DNA of 63,590 nucleotides, the filler included, from Octopus bimaculoides (taxonomy: Eukaryota), in the NCBI RefSeq assembly GCF_001194135.2. It is 4 parts of 3 records of this genome, joined end to end, with 100 filler letters (N's around TTAATTAATTAA, not from the genome) between each part and the next. Parts side by side here need not be neighbours in the genome. Positions count along the whole stretch, not along the records: positions 1 to 25,307 come from NC_069003.1; 3 more parts are not named here. The stretch is one strand, 5' to 3'. This document shows positions 13,227 through 25,407 of the stretch, one piece after another (positions within the stretch are counted from its first letter, which is position 1; each line of letters begins with the position of its first letter). Both the position numbers and the translations under genes were made by a program. The notes beneath the pieces were generated by a model that worked only from the letters and a program-made list of their open reading frames with translations, was not told the origin of the DNA and searched no databases.

Positions 13227-14223
13227 NNNNNNNNNNNNNNNNNNNNNNNNNNNNNNNNNNNNNNNNNNNNNNNNNNNNNNNNNNNNNNNNNNNNNNNNNN
13301 NNNNNNNNNNNNNNNNNNNNNNNNNNNNNNNNNNNNNNNNNNNNNNNNNNNNNNNNNNNNNNNNNNNNNNNNNNNNNNNNNNNNNNNNNNNNNNNNNNNN
13401 NNNNNNNNNNNNNNNNNNNNNNNNNNNNNNNNNNNNNNNNNNNNNNNNNNNNNNNNNNNNNNNNNNNNNNNNNNNNNNNNNNNNNNNNNNNNNNNNNNNN
13501 NNNNNNNNNNNNNNNNNNNNNNNNNNNNNNNNNNNNNNNNNNNNNNNNNNNNNNNNNNNNNNNNNNNNNNNNNNNNNNNNNNNNNNNNNNNNNNNNNNNN
13601 NNNNNNNNNNNNNNNNNNNNNNNNNNNNNNNNNNNNNNNNNNNNNNNNNNNNNNNNNNNNNNNNNNNNNNNNNNNNNNNNNNNNNNNNNNNNNNNNNNNN
13701 NNNNNNNNNNNNNNNNNNNNNNNNNNNNNNNNNNNNNNNNNNNNNNNNNNNNNNNNNNNNNNNNNNNNNNNNNNNNNNNNNNNNNNNNNNNNNNNNNNNN
13801 NNNNNNNNNNNNNNNNNNNNNNNNNNNNNNNNNNNNNNNNNNNNNNNNNNNNNNNNNNNNNNNNNNNNNNNNNNNNNNNNNNNNNNNNNNNNNNNNNNNN
13901 NNNNNNNNNNNNNNNNNNNNNNNNNNNNNNNNNNNNNNNNNNNNNNNNNNNNNNNNNNNNNNNNNNNNNNNNNNNNNNNNNNNNNNNNNNNNNNNNNNNN
14001 NNNNNNNNNNNNNNNNNNNNNNNNNNNNNNNNNNNNNNNNNNNNNNNNNNNNNNNNNNNNNNNNNNNNNNNNNNNNNNNNNNNNNNNNNNNNNNNNNNNN
14101 NNNNNNNNNNNNNNNNNNNNNNNNNNNNNNNNNNNNNNNNNNNNNNNNNNNNNNNNNNNNNNNNNNNNNNNNNNNNNNNNNNNNNNNNNNNNNNNNNNNN
14201 NNNNNNNNNNNNNNNNNNNNNNN

Positions 14224-15844
14224 GAGGCCCAAGTATTCTTCCAATGTTCCGGATCGACCCCAGAGCTATACAGCCGCTACATAGACGAGTGTATAGGCTC
14301 CACCTCCCTCTCCCGCGAAGAACCCTCCAATTTCTTCTCTTTCCTTTCCAACTTTCACCCTTCTCTCCAATTTACCTCTAATATCTCTGTCAGCTCCGAA
14401 ACTTCCTAGATATCTCTCTCACCATTGACCTCCTCTCCCACTCTCTCACCACCTCGCCTTCTTGAAACCCGGGGACTCCCACCTCTACCTCAACACTTTT
14501 CCTCCTCCTATCCCTCCCACACCAAATGAGTCATCCCCTATTCCCAGTTCCGACGCTCGTGCAGCCAGGACCAGGATTTCGAGACACAATCCCTGTAGTT
14601 GGCCTGTCTGTTCATGCTTCGAGGATACCCATCTACCCTTGTCCAAACTGCCCTTGCCTGCGCTCGTCTAATCGATCGCACCACTGTCCTCTTTCCTTCC
14701 CCACACCAACCCTCCAGCCATATCCCTTTTCCCCTTCTTTTCTACCCCTCCACCTTACCCCTTCGTCGGAGGACCCTATGGACCTTCCGTCGTTTCCAGT
14801 TAGATCCCACCACCCGCCCTATTTTCGCCAACACACCCTGCCCTCCTTTAAACGCGCCCGTACCCTACACGATCTACTGGTTCGTAGCACCTTCTCCTTC
14901 TATCCCAACCCAACCCAACCCAGATCCTTCCCTTTCTCTAGATCCCGCTTTCACACCTGTCCTTTCATCACCAACACCATTTCCCTCACTGGAGCCAACC
15001 AGAACACCTTTCATATTAGGAACTCCTTCTGCAATTCTTCCAGCCTTATCTATTGTATAAGATGTAATTTCTGCAACAAACTCCAAGTTGTTCAGACGGG
15101 CTGCCGGCTGGCCGACCGCTTCACCGAACATCTCGTAGATGTTCGGCTACGTAAGAACACCCCAACCTCGTCGCCCGTCGTTTTCTTTTGGCCAGCCACT
15201 CCATCTCAAATAATACCATCTTCGGCCTCACCCGACACCACGGACCAATCAACTCTTGACTCCGCCTGGAACGACATCACATTTTCACTCTACAAATACA
15301 AACTCCTTTCGGACTCAACACAACCCCCTCCTCTCAATGATTGTCTCTACACCCTCCTTAAAAAAACTTTTATCCTATCTTGTATTCAGATTTGTATAAC
15401 TTTATTCGTTTATTATCGATTTTTCATCGTTTTTCCGTCGTAATTGTTTATTTTGATCCTTTTATTTTATTTTATCTGTTTATTATCTCCTTTTACCTTT
15501 CTTATTTTATCTTTTTAATTTTCAATTTTTGTCGTGTACGTTTTTTTATTGTATTTATTATTTATTATTTTTATTTTTCATTTTGTACTTTTTCTCTATT
15601 TTATTTTATTTTTATATACACATACGCAAACACAGACGCACACGTACATACACACACGTACATACACGCACATACACATACACGCACACATACACGCACG
15701 CACACACACATGAACGCACATATACCTCCCCCACACAGCACACACATGCACACACAACACACACATGCATGGACACATACACACACATACATACACGCAC
15801 ACACACACACATACTTGCAGACACACATATACACACACGCACGT

Positions 15845-15875
<31 letters not shown>

Positions 15876-16620
15876 GGTCCGCACATATACCTCTCACGCA
15901 CACAACCCCACGCTCACACACATACACACACGTACATACAACACGCGTACGCACAGGCATACACGCACACACATGCACACACATACACTACACACACAAC
16001 ACACACGCACACACACTCACCACACACACAACACACACACACAACACGCACATACACACACACACACATACACTTCAGACTGCCTCTCAACCTCCCTACC
16101 ACTGACCATCCCCTCTACGCAAAAACACAAAATACCACCACTTCTCTTACCATTGCGGCTGAATTCTTCCTACATTATCAGACACAAAGATCACTCACAC
16201 ATACACATATAAACATTTAATGCCACACACAATACACGCACGCACACACACACATACACAGTTGAACCTCACGCATACACGCACACGCTACCATATATAC
16301 ACACATACTATCACAGACACATGCTATCACACACACACGCGCACCTACTCCCACATACACACAGATACCTTCTTCTCTTATACTTTCCCGTCTTAGAAAG
16401 CAATTTTTCTTTGTCCATCCACTTCCGGTCATTCCAAAATGTAACTACAAGTGGATTGTTGGCTATTTTTTCCTCCGTCTTACTTTTCTCTTGGACTTTC
16501 CTCCGTCCCCTGTTTCTGAATAAGAGCTTTGCTCGAAGCATAAAACACCTTTTCTTTCTCTGAGCAGACGCTACTATATTAATACTTTGCATGTACCACG
16601 TCCTCACGTTGTTGATTTTA
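14224..16620 (+). mobile_element. Penelope-like element (decayed RT C-terminus, GIY-YIG endonuclease and terminal region)
   Basis: YSRYIDECIG...NFHPSLQFT...FLDI; IPYSQFRR; RGYP; SSLIYCIRCNFCNKLQVVQTGCRLADRFTEHLVDVR. Multiple frameshifts and stops; the tail is interrupted by (CA)n. Confidence 0.9.
16516..16548 (+). ncRNA. Degenerate minimal hammerhead ribozyme motif in the PLE terminus
   Basis: CTGAATA-A-GAGC-TTT-GCTC-GAAGC-ATA with stem I TGTTT/AAACA; same stem II as the 3720 motif. Confidence 0.45.
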
Positions 16621-16697
16621 TTCTTATGCTTTTTCTCTTTTCCTTTTGATTATATATATATATATATACCAGAAAGAGGGATGGCAAAGAAATCAAT

Positions 16698-16908
16698 AAT
16701 GATTATCTTATGAACTTCATTAGGTAACAGCTGTTTCTGCAATAAGATGTAGTGGACTCATTGTCGAGTGCTTATTCAGGTAAAATTGGTAATTCTTTCC
16801 AAAATGAACTGCACTCCATACAAGGTGTTATTCACCACCCAACAACGAGCAAACGTCATCTGATAACCGAAACAGCTATAAGCTAATGAAGTTCGTACGA
16901 TAATCATT
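16698..16908. repeat. Imperfect inverted repeat (~70-bp arms), old MITE-like element
   Basis: AATGATTATCTTATGAACTTCATTAGG..CAGCTGTTTC (from 16698) versus the reverse complement of 16836-16908, AATGATTATCGTACGAACTTCATTAGC..TAGCTGTTTC. Confidence 0.6.
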
Positions 16909-17133
16909 TGTACTTTTGTTATCTTTCTTATTATCGCTCTATACTCCGCAAACACCTCGTTCTGAAGCACAACGTATATTGAGTTCTACACCAGGCTATT
17001 AGCGTCGCAATGGCTATGAGTGTGTGTGTGTGTGTCTGTGCGCGTGTTTACGTGTGTGCGTGTATTTTTATGTGTGTGTGTTTGTGTGTTCGTGTGTGTG
17101 TATGCATATGTACATGTACATGTTTGTGTAATG

Positions 17134-17168
17134 TGCAGGCGTGGCTGTGGGGTAAGAAGCTTGCTTCC
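17134..17168 (+). mobile_element. 5' part of a family A SINE split by the Tx1 insertion
   Basis: GCAGGCGTGGCTGTGGGGTAAGAAGCTTGCTTCC; the SINE resumes at 21005 (CAACCGCATGGTTCCAGGTTCAGTC). Confidence 0.9.
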
Positions 17169-17385
17169 GGTATCCCAGAGTTCACTTGGTTTTTTGATTT
17201 TGTGCGCGAAGTAGACGTGCTGTTTGGCTGTGCGACGTTTTTCTTCTTGTGTGATGGAGGGGCGTTGAGTGAGGAGCTGTGATAGTTTGAGTTATTCTGT
17301 GTCAAACGTTGAGAGGTGCCCGGCCTCGAACTATGTATCGTCAGAGGAAGATATAGTAGAGTGCCTGAACAAAATAGGCAAAGCT

Positions 17386-18360
17386 ATGGAAAATAGAAGT
17401 TATACTGCAGCGACGGAAGAAAAATACGAAGATATAAGACTGGAAGACGTTAGCAAGTATAAGGGAATGCTTGAAAGGAAGGGGTACGAAGTGAGGGTGT
17501 TTTCCCCCACCCAAGAAATTTTGAAAAAAGTTGCGGAAAAGACAGTATTTTATAGAACTTACTCAGTGGAAGCCAGAAAAATAGAAAATATGCCGACGGC
17601 ACAAAAAGAAAAGGTGTTGAGACCAGTATGGCAAGGGATTTCATACCTTGCCAGAGGAATGAAATTTGGAACGGCGGAAGTGCGGTTTCTGGAGGTAGCT
17701 ACTGCCAGTGGATACACATACACCCGGCCCCTCACAAACCCCCAAAAATGCCCCCCCACACACACCAGCCTCTACACTAGCAAAGACACCCATTCCCCCA
17801 ACGGCGGTGCCCACAGAATTCACCGAACAAGCGCTCCAAAAGCCCCAACCCACGCATACACCAGTCCCAATAACAACGAAAAATACCCACTCCCTTAACA
17901 TGCAGGGCACCTGTTAGTAAAAATATAACTCCCCTAGATGACACCATGGAGGACACCACTGCGGTACGATACTCGACCAAAAGACTATTGCCCCCATCCT
18001 CATCCACGTCCCCACAAAATCAGAAAACCATGCGTTACAGACAAGCAAAAAAAAAACCCCGCCAAACGATCCCAGAAAATCCAGGGGATAAAAAGATTTT
18101 GGTCGAGTTCGACCCTAAAAGACAAATATACAACCGATGTGATTACGCCTCACCACACTACATTATCATTTCCAAAACATAAGGACTATCCTAGAAAATG
18201 TGCTTGGATAGGAGAAACGTTATTTAAAGATCTGAAGGGGAGGAATCCAAAGGCCATTTTTAGGCTAAAAGACCTTCCAAGATATCTTAAGGGAAGAAGA
18301 AAAAAGAGGGACCCCTCACGTCTCGTGAGGTCGGCCCCAACATCGCCAACAAAAATGTAA
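17386..18360 (+). pseudogene. Tx1 ORF1 (frameshifted, internally deleted)
   Basis: MENRSYTAATEEKY... continues into a Pro/Thr-rich stretch and a basic C-terminus (17938-18360). It lies directly upstream of the APE start; no CCHC knuckle is visible. Confidence 0.7.
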
Positions 18361-18384
18361 GTATAATCTTTATTTTTCTTAAAC

Positions 18385-20729
18385 TGATAACACTTAACCT
18401 TGGTTGTTTAAATGTGCGTGGTCTGAGCTCAAATTGGAAGCAAGCTAGTTTTCCTCCACGACCTCAAATCACATGATATACATGTGATGGTTGCTACAGA
18501 AACCAAGTTGAATAGGCTACAAACCTTCTCGGCTCTCCTTGAATAGCTATGAGAAAATCATGTCGCCCGTACAGTGGAATCCCAGCGTGGCAACGATGCC
18601 ATAATCAGGTCTTTGACTGACGAAAATAAACGTTTGGTCAAGGGACAGGAGGATATGTGTGAGGCGCTTCACCAGCACTTCGCTGAGTTGCTCGGGAGGA
18701 ATGGGACGCTAGACCATGATGAAGCCCTACGGGACTTCCTGGCTGGTGACTCGCGTCTCTCGGCATGAGAAACTGAGTACTGTGAGGGGCCAATTACAGC
18801 TGCGGATGTGATAGAGGTGTCCGGGAACAAGTCGCCGGGTCTTGATGATCTATCCAATGAGTTTTACAAAAGTATGCCAGACTTGTTAGGGCAGCGTCTA
18901 CACCAACTGGCAGCAGAATAGGAGAATTCTCAGATCTGCGAGCCGTGGGATGGTGACGTTGATCAGAAAGGACCCGAGCAAGGAGAATATCATAAGTAAT
19001 TTTCGGCGCATAACTCTGCTAAACACAGAATTAAAGATTTTGGCCAAGGTGCTAACAAAAAGGTTGGCGCGTGTCGTGGACAGACTTGTCGGGGTGGCAC
19101 AAACTTGCGCTATCCCGGGCAGGACAATTCACGACAATCTCCATCTTATACGCTACTCTTGAGAGAGGGTTGGTAAAATTTCTGGCAAAGGTGGGGCACT
19201 GGTACATTTAGGCCAGTCTAAAGCATTTGATAGTGTAGACCATCGGTACCAGGCGGCGGTCCTTGGGGAGGCCGGGCTGGGCCTGACTTCTGCAGTTGGA
19301 TTGCTGCTTTATACAGCGACATCGAGTCTATCGTCCGAGTGAACGGTCTCTTTTCAAAACCTTTCAGGATTGAAGGCTCAGTACGCCAGGGATGTCCCTT
19401 GTCACCGCTTTTGTATGTATTGGCTCTTGAGCCATTGCTACGGGAGTTGGAGGCGTTAGGGGGCGTGCTGAATGATATGTGGTGTGGAAGGGGAGTGACT
19501 GCGTATGCGGATGATATCACCATCATCGTGTCCCAAGAACGGCAGCTTCCTCATGTAGAAAACGCCATCAAGGGAGCCGAGGCTGTGGCAGGAACAAAGG
19601 TTAACCAGGTCAAGTCCGTCGGCTTGCAACTCGGCACTTGGAGGGTCAAGTTGTTGTCGTCCAATAACGTCGTGGGGCGTTGGATGGAAGGTCCGGTTAA
19701 GTTGCTAGAGGTCTGGTTCGGCCCAGACCACCGTATAGAGAAACATTGGAGCGAGGTCACGAGCAGGGTGACTGCCTTAACCCAGACTTGGTCTGGGCTG
19801 GAGTTATCTTTGCTAGCGAGGATGGAGGTGGCGCAGATGTTCATAGCATCTGTCATCAGCTATCGCCTGACCATTGTGCCTTGCCCCGATTTCTAGCTGA
19901 ACAAGTTGGAAAGAATCCTTTTTCGCTTTTTGTTGAAGGGAGGAAAGCCACTTGTGAAGCGCTTTGTCTGATGCCAAAAACCGCTAAAGGGTTGGCTAGA
20001 GATGCGTAAATTAGCGTTAAGGTTGAGGCACCTCTGGCTTTACCTGGATGGAGAGCAGGTGTTGTCACCGCACGTAGGGTTCTACCTTCCACAGTTTACG
20101 TGCTTAACAGACATTGGTCCATGAATCAAACGAAGACCTAAGCTGGGGGATTGGCAATTGGAGTACCTGACAGCACTCCAGTTACTCTCTCGGGCGGGCA
20201 ATACCGGCAGCAGGAGTTCCACTGCGGATTTCTATAGCGTGTTAGTGGAATTTATATCAGACGATGTCCTGGGGGAGACCCTGGGCTTCGATGGAAATCA
20301 GTTGATGAACATGTTCAGGAGAACTTTCGGGCCGAAGTACCTGGATAATTACCAGAAATCTTGCACGTCTTCGTGGAGTGTCCGGTATTATCGGGACTGA
20401 TAGCTATTGTCGAGCAACTGTTGTCAACGACGGGAAGAGTACAGCTATCGGCTGACTCTGTTATCAAAATTGTGCCACCTACTCTCCTTAACATAAAAAG
20501 GAAGGCTTGTGTTTTCTGCGTAGTAACCATACTGAAAGAAATAGTATGGAAGACATGTGTAAGAGGTAGAATGACGGGTACCTTCGTCCCCGGCCAGGGG
20601 TTGGTTAACTTCTTTAGTTACCACCTTGATAGCAAGATCAGGCTGGAGAACAGATACCTGTCACAGGATATGTTTGCGAAAAGATGGAAGCAAGTAGTGA
20701 ACAGGCTGCGAGTGAGTGGAACCAGGTAA
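18385..20729 (+). pseudogene. Tx1 ORF2 (APE fragment, RT, C-terminal domain) with stops and frameshifts
   Basis: ORF pieces 18574-18768, 18950-19162, 19339-19896, 20158-20400 and 20361-20729 are collinear with L1/Tx1 ORF2; most of the endonuclease is deleted. Confidence 0.9.
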
Positions 20730-21004
20730 GTGGGGCAAGAAAGAAAAGCAAAGGTTTGAACCTGGCAGTTGAATGCCTTTCCTTCAGACACACATTGCAA
20801 AATTTGCAATTATTACCAAGTTTATACAGAATTTTTTAAAAGGAAAAAAAAAAAAAAAAAATTTTAACAGCATGACATTTTATCATTCGGAACTGTTTTA
20901 TTCGTAATAAGCAACTTCTTCACCCTCAATGTTTGTCTGTCCTTGTTTGTCCCATCTATGTACGACTTCCATAGGCAATTTATGAAATAAAGAAGCTTGC
21001 TTCC

Positions 21005-21129
21005 CAACCGCATGGTTCCAGGTTCAGTCTCTCTGCGTGGGACCTTGGGCAAGTGTTTTCTACTATAACTTCGGGCCGACCAAAGCCTTGTGAGTGGATT
21101 TGGTTGTCTGAAATTGAAAGAAGCCCGTC

Positions 21130-21161
<32 letters not shown>

Positions 21162-21410
21162 GACAGCTTCTTTCGATACATATATATATATATGTTTATG
21201 TATGTGTATGTCTGTGTTTGTCCCCCTGCCATCGCTCGTCAACCTATGTTGGTGTGTTTACGACCCCGAATTATAGCGGTTCGGCAAAAGAGACCGATGG
21301 AATAAGTACTAGGATTAGAAAGACTAAGTACTGGAGCCGATTTGTACGACTAAATGCGGTGCTCCAGCACGGACGCAGTCATATGACTGAAAGGAGTAAA
21401 AAAAGAAAAG
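21005..21410 (+). mobile_element. 3' remainder of the family A SINE split by Tx1
   Basis: Continues the SINE consensus exactly after the TSD; has the internal (TA)n and the 3' part ending ...GCAGTC...GAAAGGAGTAAAAAAAG. Confidence 0.9.
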
Positions 21411-21672
21411 AATGTATATATATATATATATAAATATTTCAGAAATAGATGTTAAAACTGTTATTTTCAACTGACGGTCCCAGAGTATCATAATACAGAG
21501 GGTGTAGTCAATTGAAATTCCTTACTAATGTATTCCACGCAATGTAAGCCAGTTCCTCCTATGTTCATTGCATTGCCCGTGTGTATCTTCATAGTGAGTT
21601 ACTGGTGGTTCTGGAGCGATGGCTCCGATTATAGCAAGTGGTATTTAAATACCCTACTGAATCTAAAATTTG

Positions 21673-22049
<377 letters not shown>

Positions 22050-22086
22050 TCTGTTTCAACGCACGATTTCACATAAAAAATCTTTC

Positions 22087-22117
<31 letters not shown>

Positions 22118-23189
22118 NNNNNNNNNNNNNNNNNNNNNNNNNNNNNNNNNNNNNNNNNNNNNNNNNNNNNNNNNNNNNNNNNNNNNNNNNNNNNNNNNNN
22201 NNNNNNNNNNNNNNNNNNNNNNNNNNNNNNNNNNNNNNNNNNNNNNNNNNNNNNNNNNNNNNNNNNNNNNNNNNNNNNNNNNNNNNNNNNNNNNNNNNNN
22301 NNNNNNNNNNNNNNNNNNNNNNNNNNNNNNNNNNNNNNNNNNNNNNNNNNNNNNNNNNNNNNNNNNNNNNNNNNNNNNNNNNNNNNNNNNNNNNNNNNNN
22401 NNNNNNNNNNNNNNNNNNNNNNNNNNNNNNNNNNNNNNNNNNNNNNNNNNNNNNNNNNNNNNNNNNNNNNNNNNNNNNNNNNNNNNNNNNNNNNNNNNNN
22501 NNNNNNNNNNNNNNNNNNNNNNNNNNNNNNNNNNNNNNNNNNNNNNNNNNNNNNNNNNNNNNNNNNNNNNNNNNNNNNNNNNNNNNNNNNNNNNNNNNNN
22601 NNNNNNNNNNNNNNNNNNNNNNNNNNNNNNNNNNNNNNNNNNNNNNNNNNNNNNNNNNNNNNNNNNNNATATATAAATGCATGTGTTAGCATACGTGCAT
22701 AAATAAATATATATATACATATATGCATAAACACACACTCACAAACACACACACACACACATACTTTAAACTGTATGTCTTCGCCTGCATCGAAATCTTT
22801 ATGAATGCATCCACCAATAATTCTGTCTGTCTGTCTGTCTATCTGTCTGTCTCTCTCACAAACACACACACCTACACACAAAAAATACACAGGCACACAC
22901 GCGCAGAGAACGGCATACACTTGCTCTAGAGAGTGCACGTGAACTTCAATAAGCAGCATGGTATTCACTATGTTGACCCTATTTAAATAAACCCATTCCC
23001 TCAACATTAATAAAAACGCAGCAACACTAATGAAATATTTGAAGGAATTTGAGAAATAAAGTCAGCCCCACCCCATGAGATATCGCTCAACCCTAACCAC
23101 TTACCAAATTTTGACAGCCATACTTCTTGGCTTTTCAATAGAACTTTGCCACGCAACACGAGGAACACAATAATGCGTCCATAACGGTG

Positions 23190-23211
23190 ATACAACTGCT
23201 ACTCCTACTGT

Positions 23212-23269
<58 letters not shown>

Positions 23270-23489
23270 GATGATGATGATGTTTCCTTTTAAGGGCCAC
23301 ACAGAGGAAAATATCAAAGGACGTGATACAACACAGGGCAATGATATTAAAAATAAAACTAATGATAATGGTTATAATAGTAATATTTTAATACTAATGT
23401 TAGTGGTAATGATGATGAGGATAATGGTAATGATAATAATAATAATGATCATAATAATAATAATGGTAATAATGATAATAATAATGATC

Positions 23490-23546
<57 letters not shown>

Positions 23547-23937
23547 TGATTAGTAACAACATCAATAACAGGAGTACCAAAATAGCAATAATGAAAATAA
23601 TAACAAAAACAGAACGAAAAATATAATAACAATAACAACAACAAAATCTACAGCAGCACCATGAATAACTTCAATAAGAAGTGCTTCAAGATAAAGATGT
23701 TAGACGAAACTGTTGCATGTAATCCAGACAAGAGCAACATTTCAAAGACTGTCATGAGAAAATGGTATTTTTCTTTTGAGAAATGGAGTCAGAATAGGAA
23801 CGAAGATGCGTTTTGTTTATTTTTTGGATTCCTTGTTTCTTTTAAAAAAAGAAGAAAAAAAACACTATATTTGACGTTCGCTTCAATCTGTTTTCATAAA
23901 TTGCTGGGGAATTTGTACAAACAAAAACAACAACAAT

Positions 23938-23972
<35 letters not shown>

Positions 23973-23975
23973 CTA

Positions 23976-24015
<40 letters not shown>

Positions 24016-24065
24016 GGCTGCTGCTGCTGCGGCTGCTGCTGCTGCGGCTGCTGCGGCTGCTGCTG

Positions 24066-24111
<46 letters not shown>

Positions 24112-24128
24112 AACTGATGTATTTTTAT

Positions 24129-24158
<30 letters not shown>
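23190..24158. repeat. Cluster of trinucleotide microsatellites (CTA, TAA/TGA, CAA, ACT, GCT, TAA)
   Basis: Directly visible. Confidence 0.9.
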
Positions 24159-24159
<1 letters not shown>

Positions 24160-25060
24160 GAGAGTACTCATGAATTCCGAACAAGAACAGCCAACGAGAG
24201 AGAAGAAGCCCTACTCCGTACGGAATTACATGGTCAGTTCTACCGTGAAAGCAACAAATTAAAAGATCAGGAAGCATCATGGAAGTGGCTCAACAAGGGT
24301 GACCTAAAAAAGAATTGTGAAAGCCTAATCATCGCTGCCCAGGACCAGGCATTGAATACCAACTTAGTGAAAAAGAATATGTATACCACACAAGTGCAAC
24401 GGACCTCTGCAGAATGTGTGGGAAGAGGGTCGAAAGTGTGACTCACATTGTTAGTGCTTGTGAAAGTCTTGCACAGAAAGAGTACAGGTGCAGACACGAC
24501 AAAGTAGCCCAGAACCTCCACTGGCTACTACGCCGTATGGATATGAGGTTACGGGTGCTTGGTACCAACATACACCGGAAAAAGTAATGGACGAAAAGGG
24601 GAAGGTAAAAATCCTCTGGGACATTGGTTTTCAAATAGACAAAGTGTTAGAGCACCGAAAGCTGAATATAGTAACCTTTAGGAGGGACAAACAAGAGTGC
24701 CTAATAATTGACGTGGCAGTACCAGGAGATCATCATTAAAAAAAAGAGAAAAGTTGATAAATATGGAGACCTGAGAATTGAGATCGCTAAAATGTGGCAG
24801 CTACGAAAGTCGAACATAAAGGTCATCCCTATTCTCATCGGAGCATTGGGTTCAATACCACGCAAACTGAAAAACCATCTGAAAACCTTAGAGATACGAT
24901 GCAATCTAGTTGTATTGCAAAAGTCGGTATTACTTGAAACTGCACGCATATTCCGTAAAGTACTGTCTGTCTGTTTTGACTTGACAGACACTACAAATCC
25001 CCGGTACACACAATATCTTCAATCAACAACCTCACGATATTGTATACTGTGCGACGTCTA
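24160..25060 (+). mobile_element. R4/Dong-clade LINE, 5'-truncated (CCHC finger, RLE endonuclease, 3' UTR)
   Basis: SWKWLNKGDLKKNCESLIIAAQDQALNT; CRMC...HIVSAC; RHDKVA; KILWDIGFQIDK; LIIDVAVPGD; KVDKYGDLRIEIAKMW; VIPILIGALGS. (TAA)n lies immediately 5'. Confidence 0.92.
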
Positions 25061-25087
25061 TATTATTATTATTATTATTATTATTTT

Positions 25088-25307
25088 ATGTTTGACTTTT
25101 GTTTTGCATTTGTACAAGTTGGATCCAAGTCTCACCCAGAGACCTCAAGAGACAACAAGTTAGAAGTTCATGTAGGTGTTATGCCTAGGGTACCATATAT
25201 TTGGATTTGTACAGTTTTGTTCAAGTGAATGTTTAAGAAACCATAAGAAAATTATGTTTGCTTTAAAATTTGAGATCACATAGACAATATTTTACGTAGG
25301 ATATGGG
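25088..25307 (-). mobile_element. 3' end of an R4/Dong-like LINE of the same family as the 60.1-63.5 kb element
   Basis: The reverse complement matches 63299-63520 (CCCATATCCTACGTAAAAT...GAGGTCTCTGGGTGAGACTTGG...AAAAGTCAAACAT) and is followed by (TAA)n on the minus strand. Confidence 0.92.
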
Positions 25308-25407
25308 NNNNNNNNNNNNNNNNNNNNNNNNNNNNNNNNNNNNNNNNNNNNTTAATTAATTAANNNNNNNNNNNNNNNNNNNNNNNNNNNNNNNNNNNNN
25401 NNNNNNN
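25308..25407. other. Artificial scaffold spacer N44-TTAATTAATTAA-N44
   Basis: Exactly 100 bp with a six-frame-stop 12-mer; identical at 53716-53815 and 59577-59676. Confidence 0.95.

Larger units (their letters stand above)
17169..20989 (+). mobile_element. Tx1/L1-clade LINE with both ends present, internally deleted and decayed, 15-bp TSD
   Basis: TSD AAGAAGCTTGCTTCC at 17154-17168 and 20990-21004. Contains a 5' UTR, ORF1, APE start (LNVRGL...ETKL), RT (KSPGLD, FRRITLLNTELKILAK, KAFDSVDH, VRQGCPLSPLLY, YADD), a C-terminal HVFVEC...IVWK region, and a 3' UTR ending AATAAA. Confidence 0.93.

Noticed and set aside
17134-17168. tRNA genes at SINE heads (here and in other copies)
   Set aside because: A/B boxes are present, but the cloverleaf pairing is broken and the heads continue into SINE bodies.
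23100-23195. Minus-strand exon candidate ending TTG|GTAAGT
   Set aside because: The upstream acceptor lies in a (TAG)n tract with no polypyrimidine run, and no phase-compatible partner was found.
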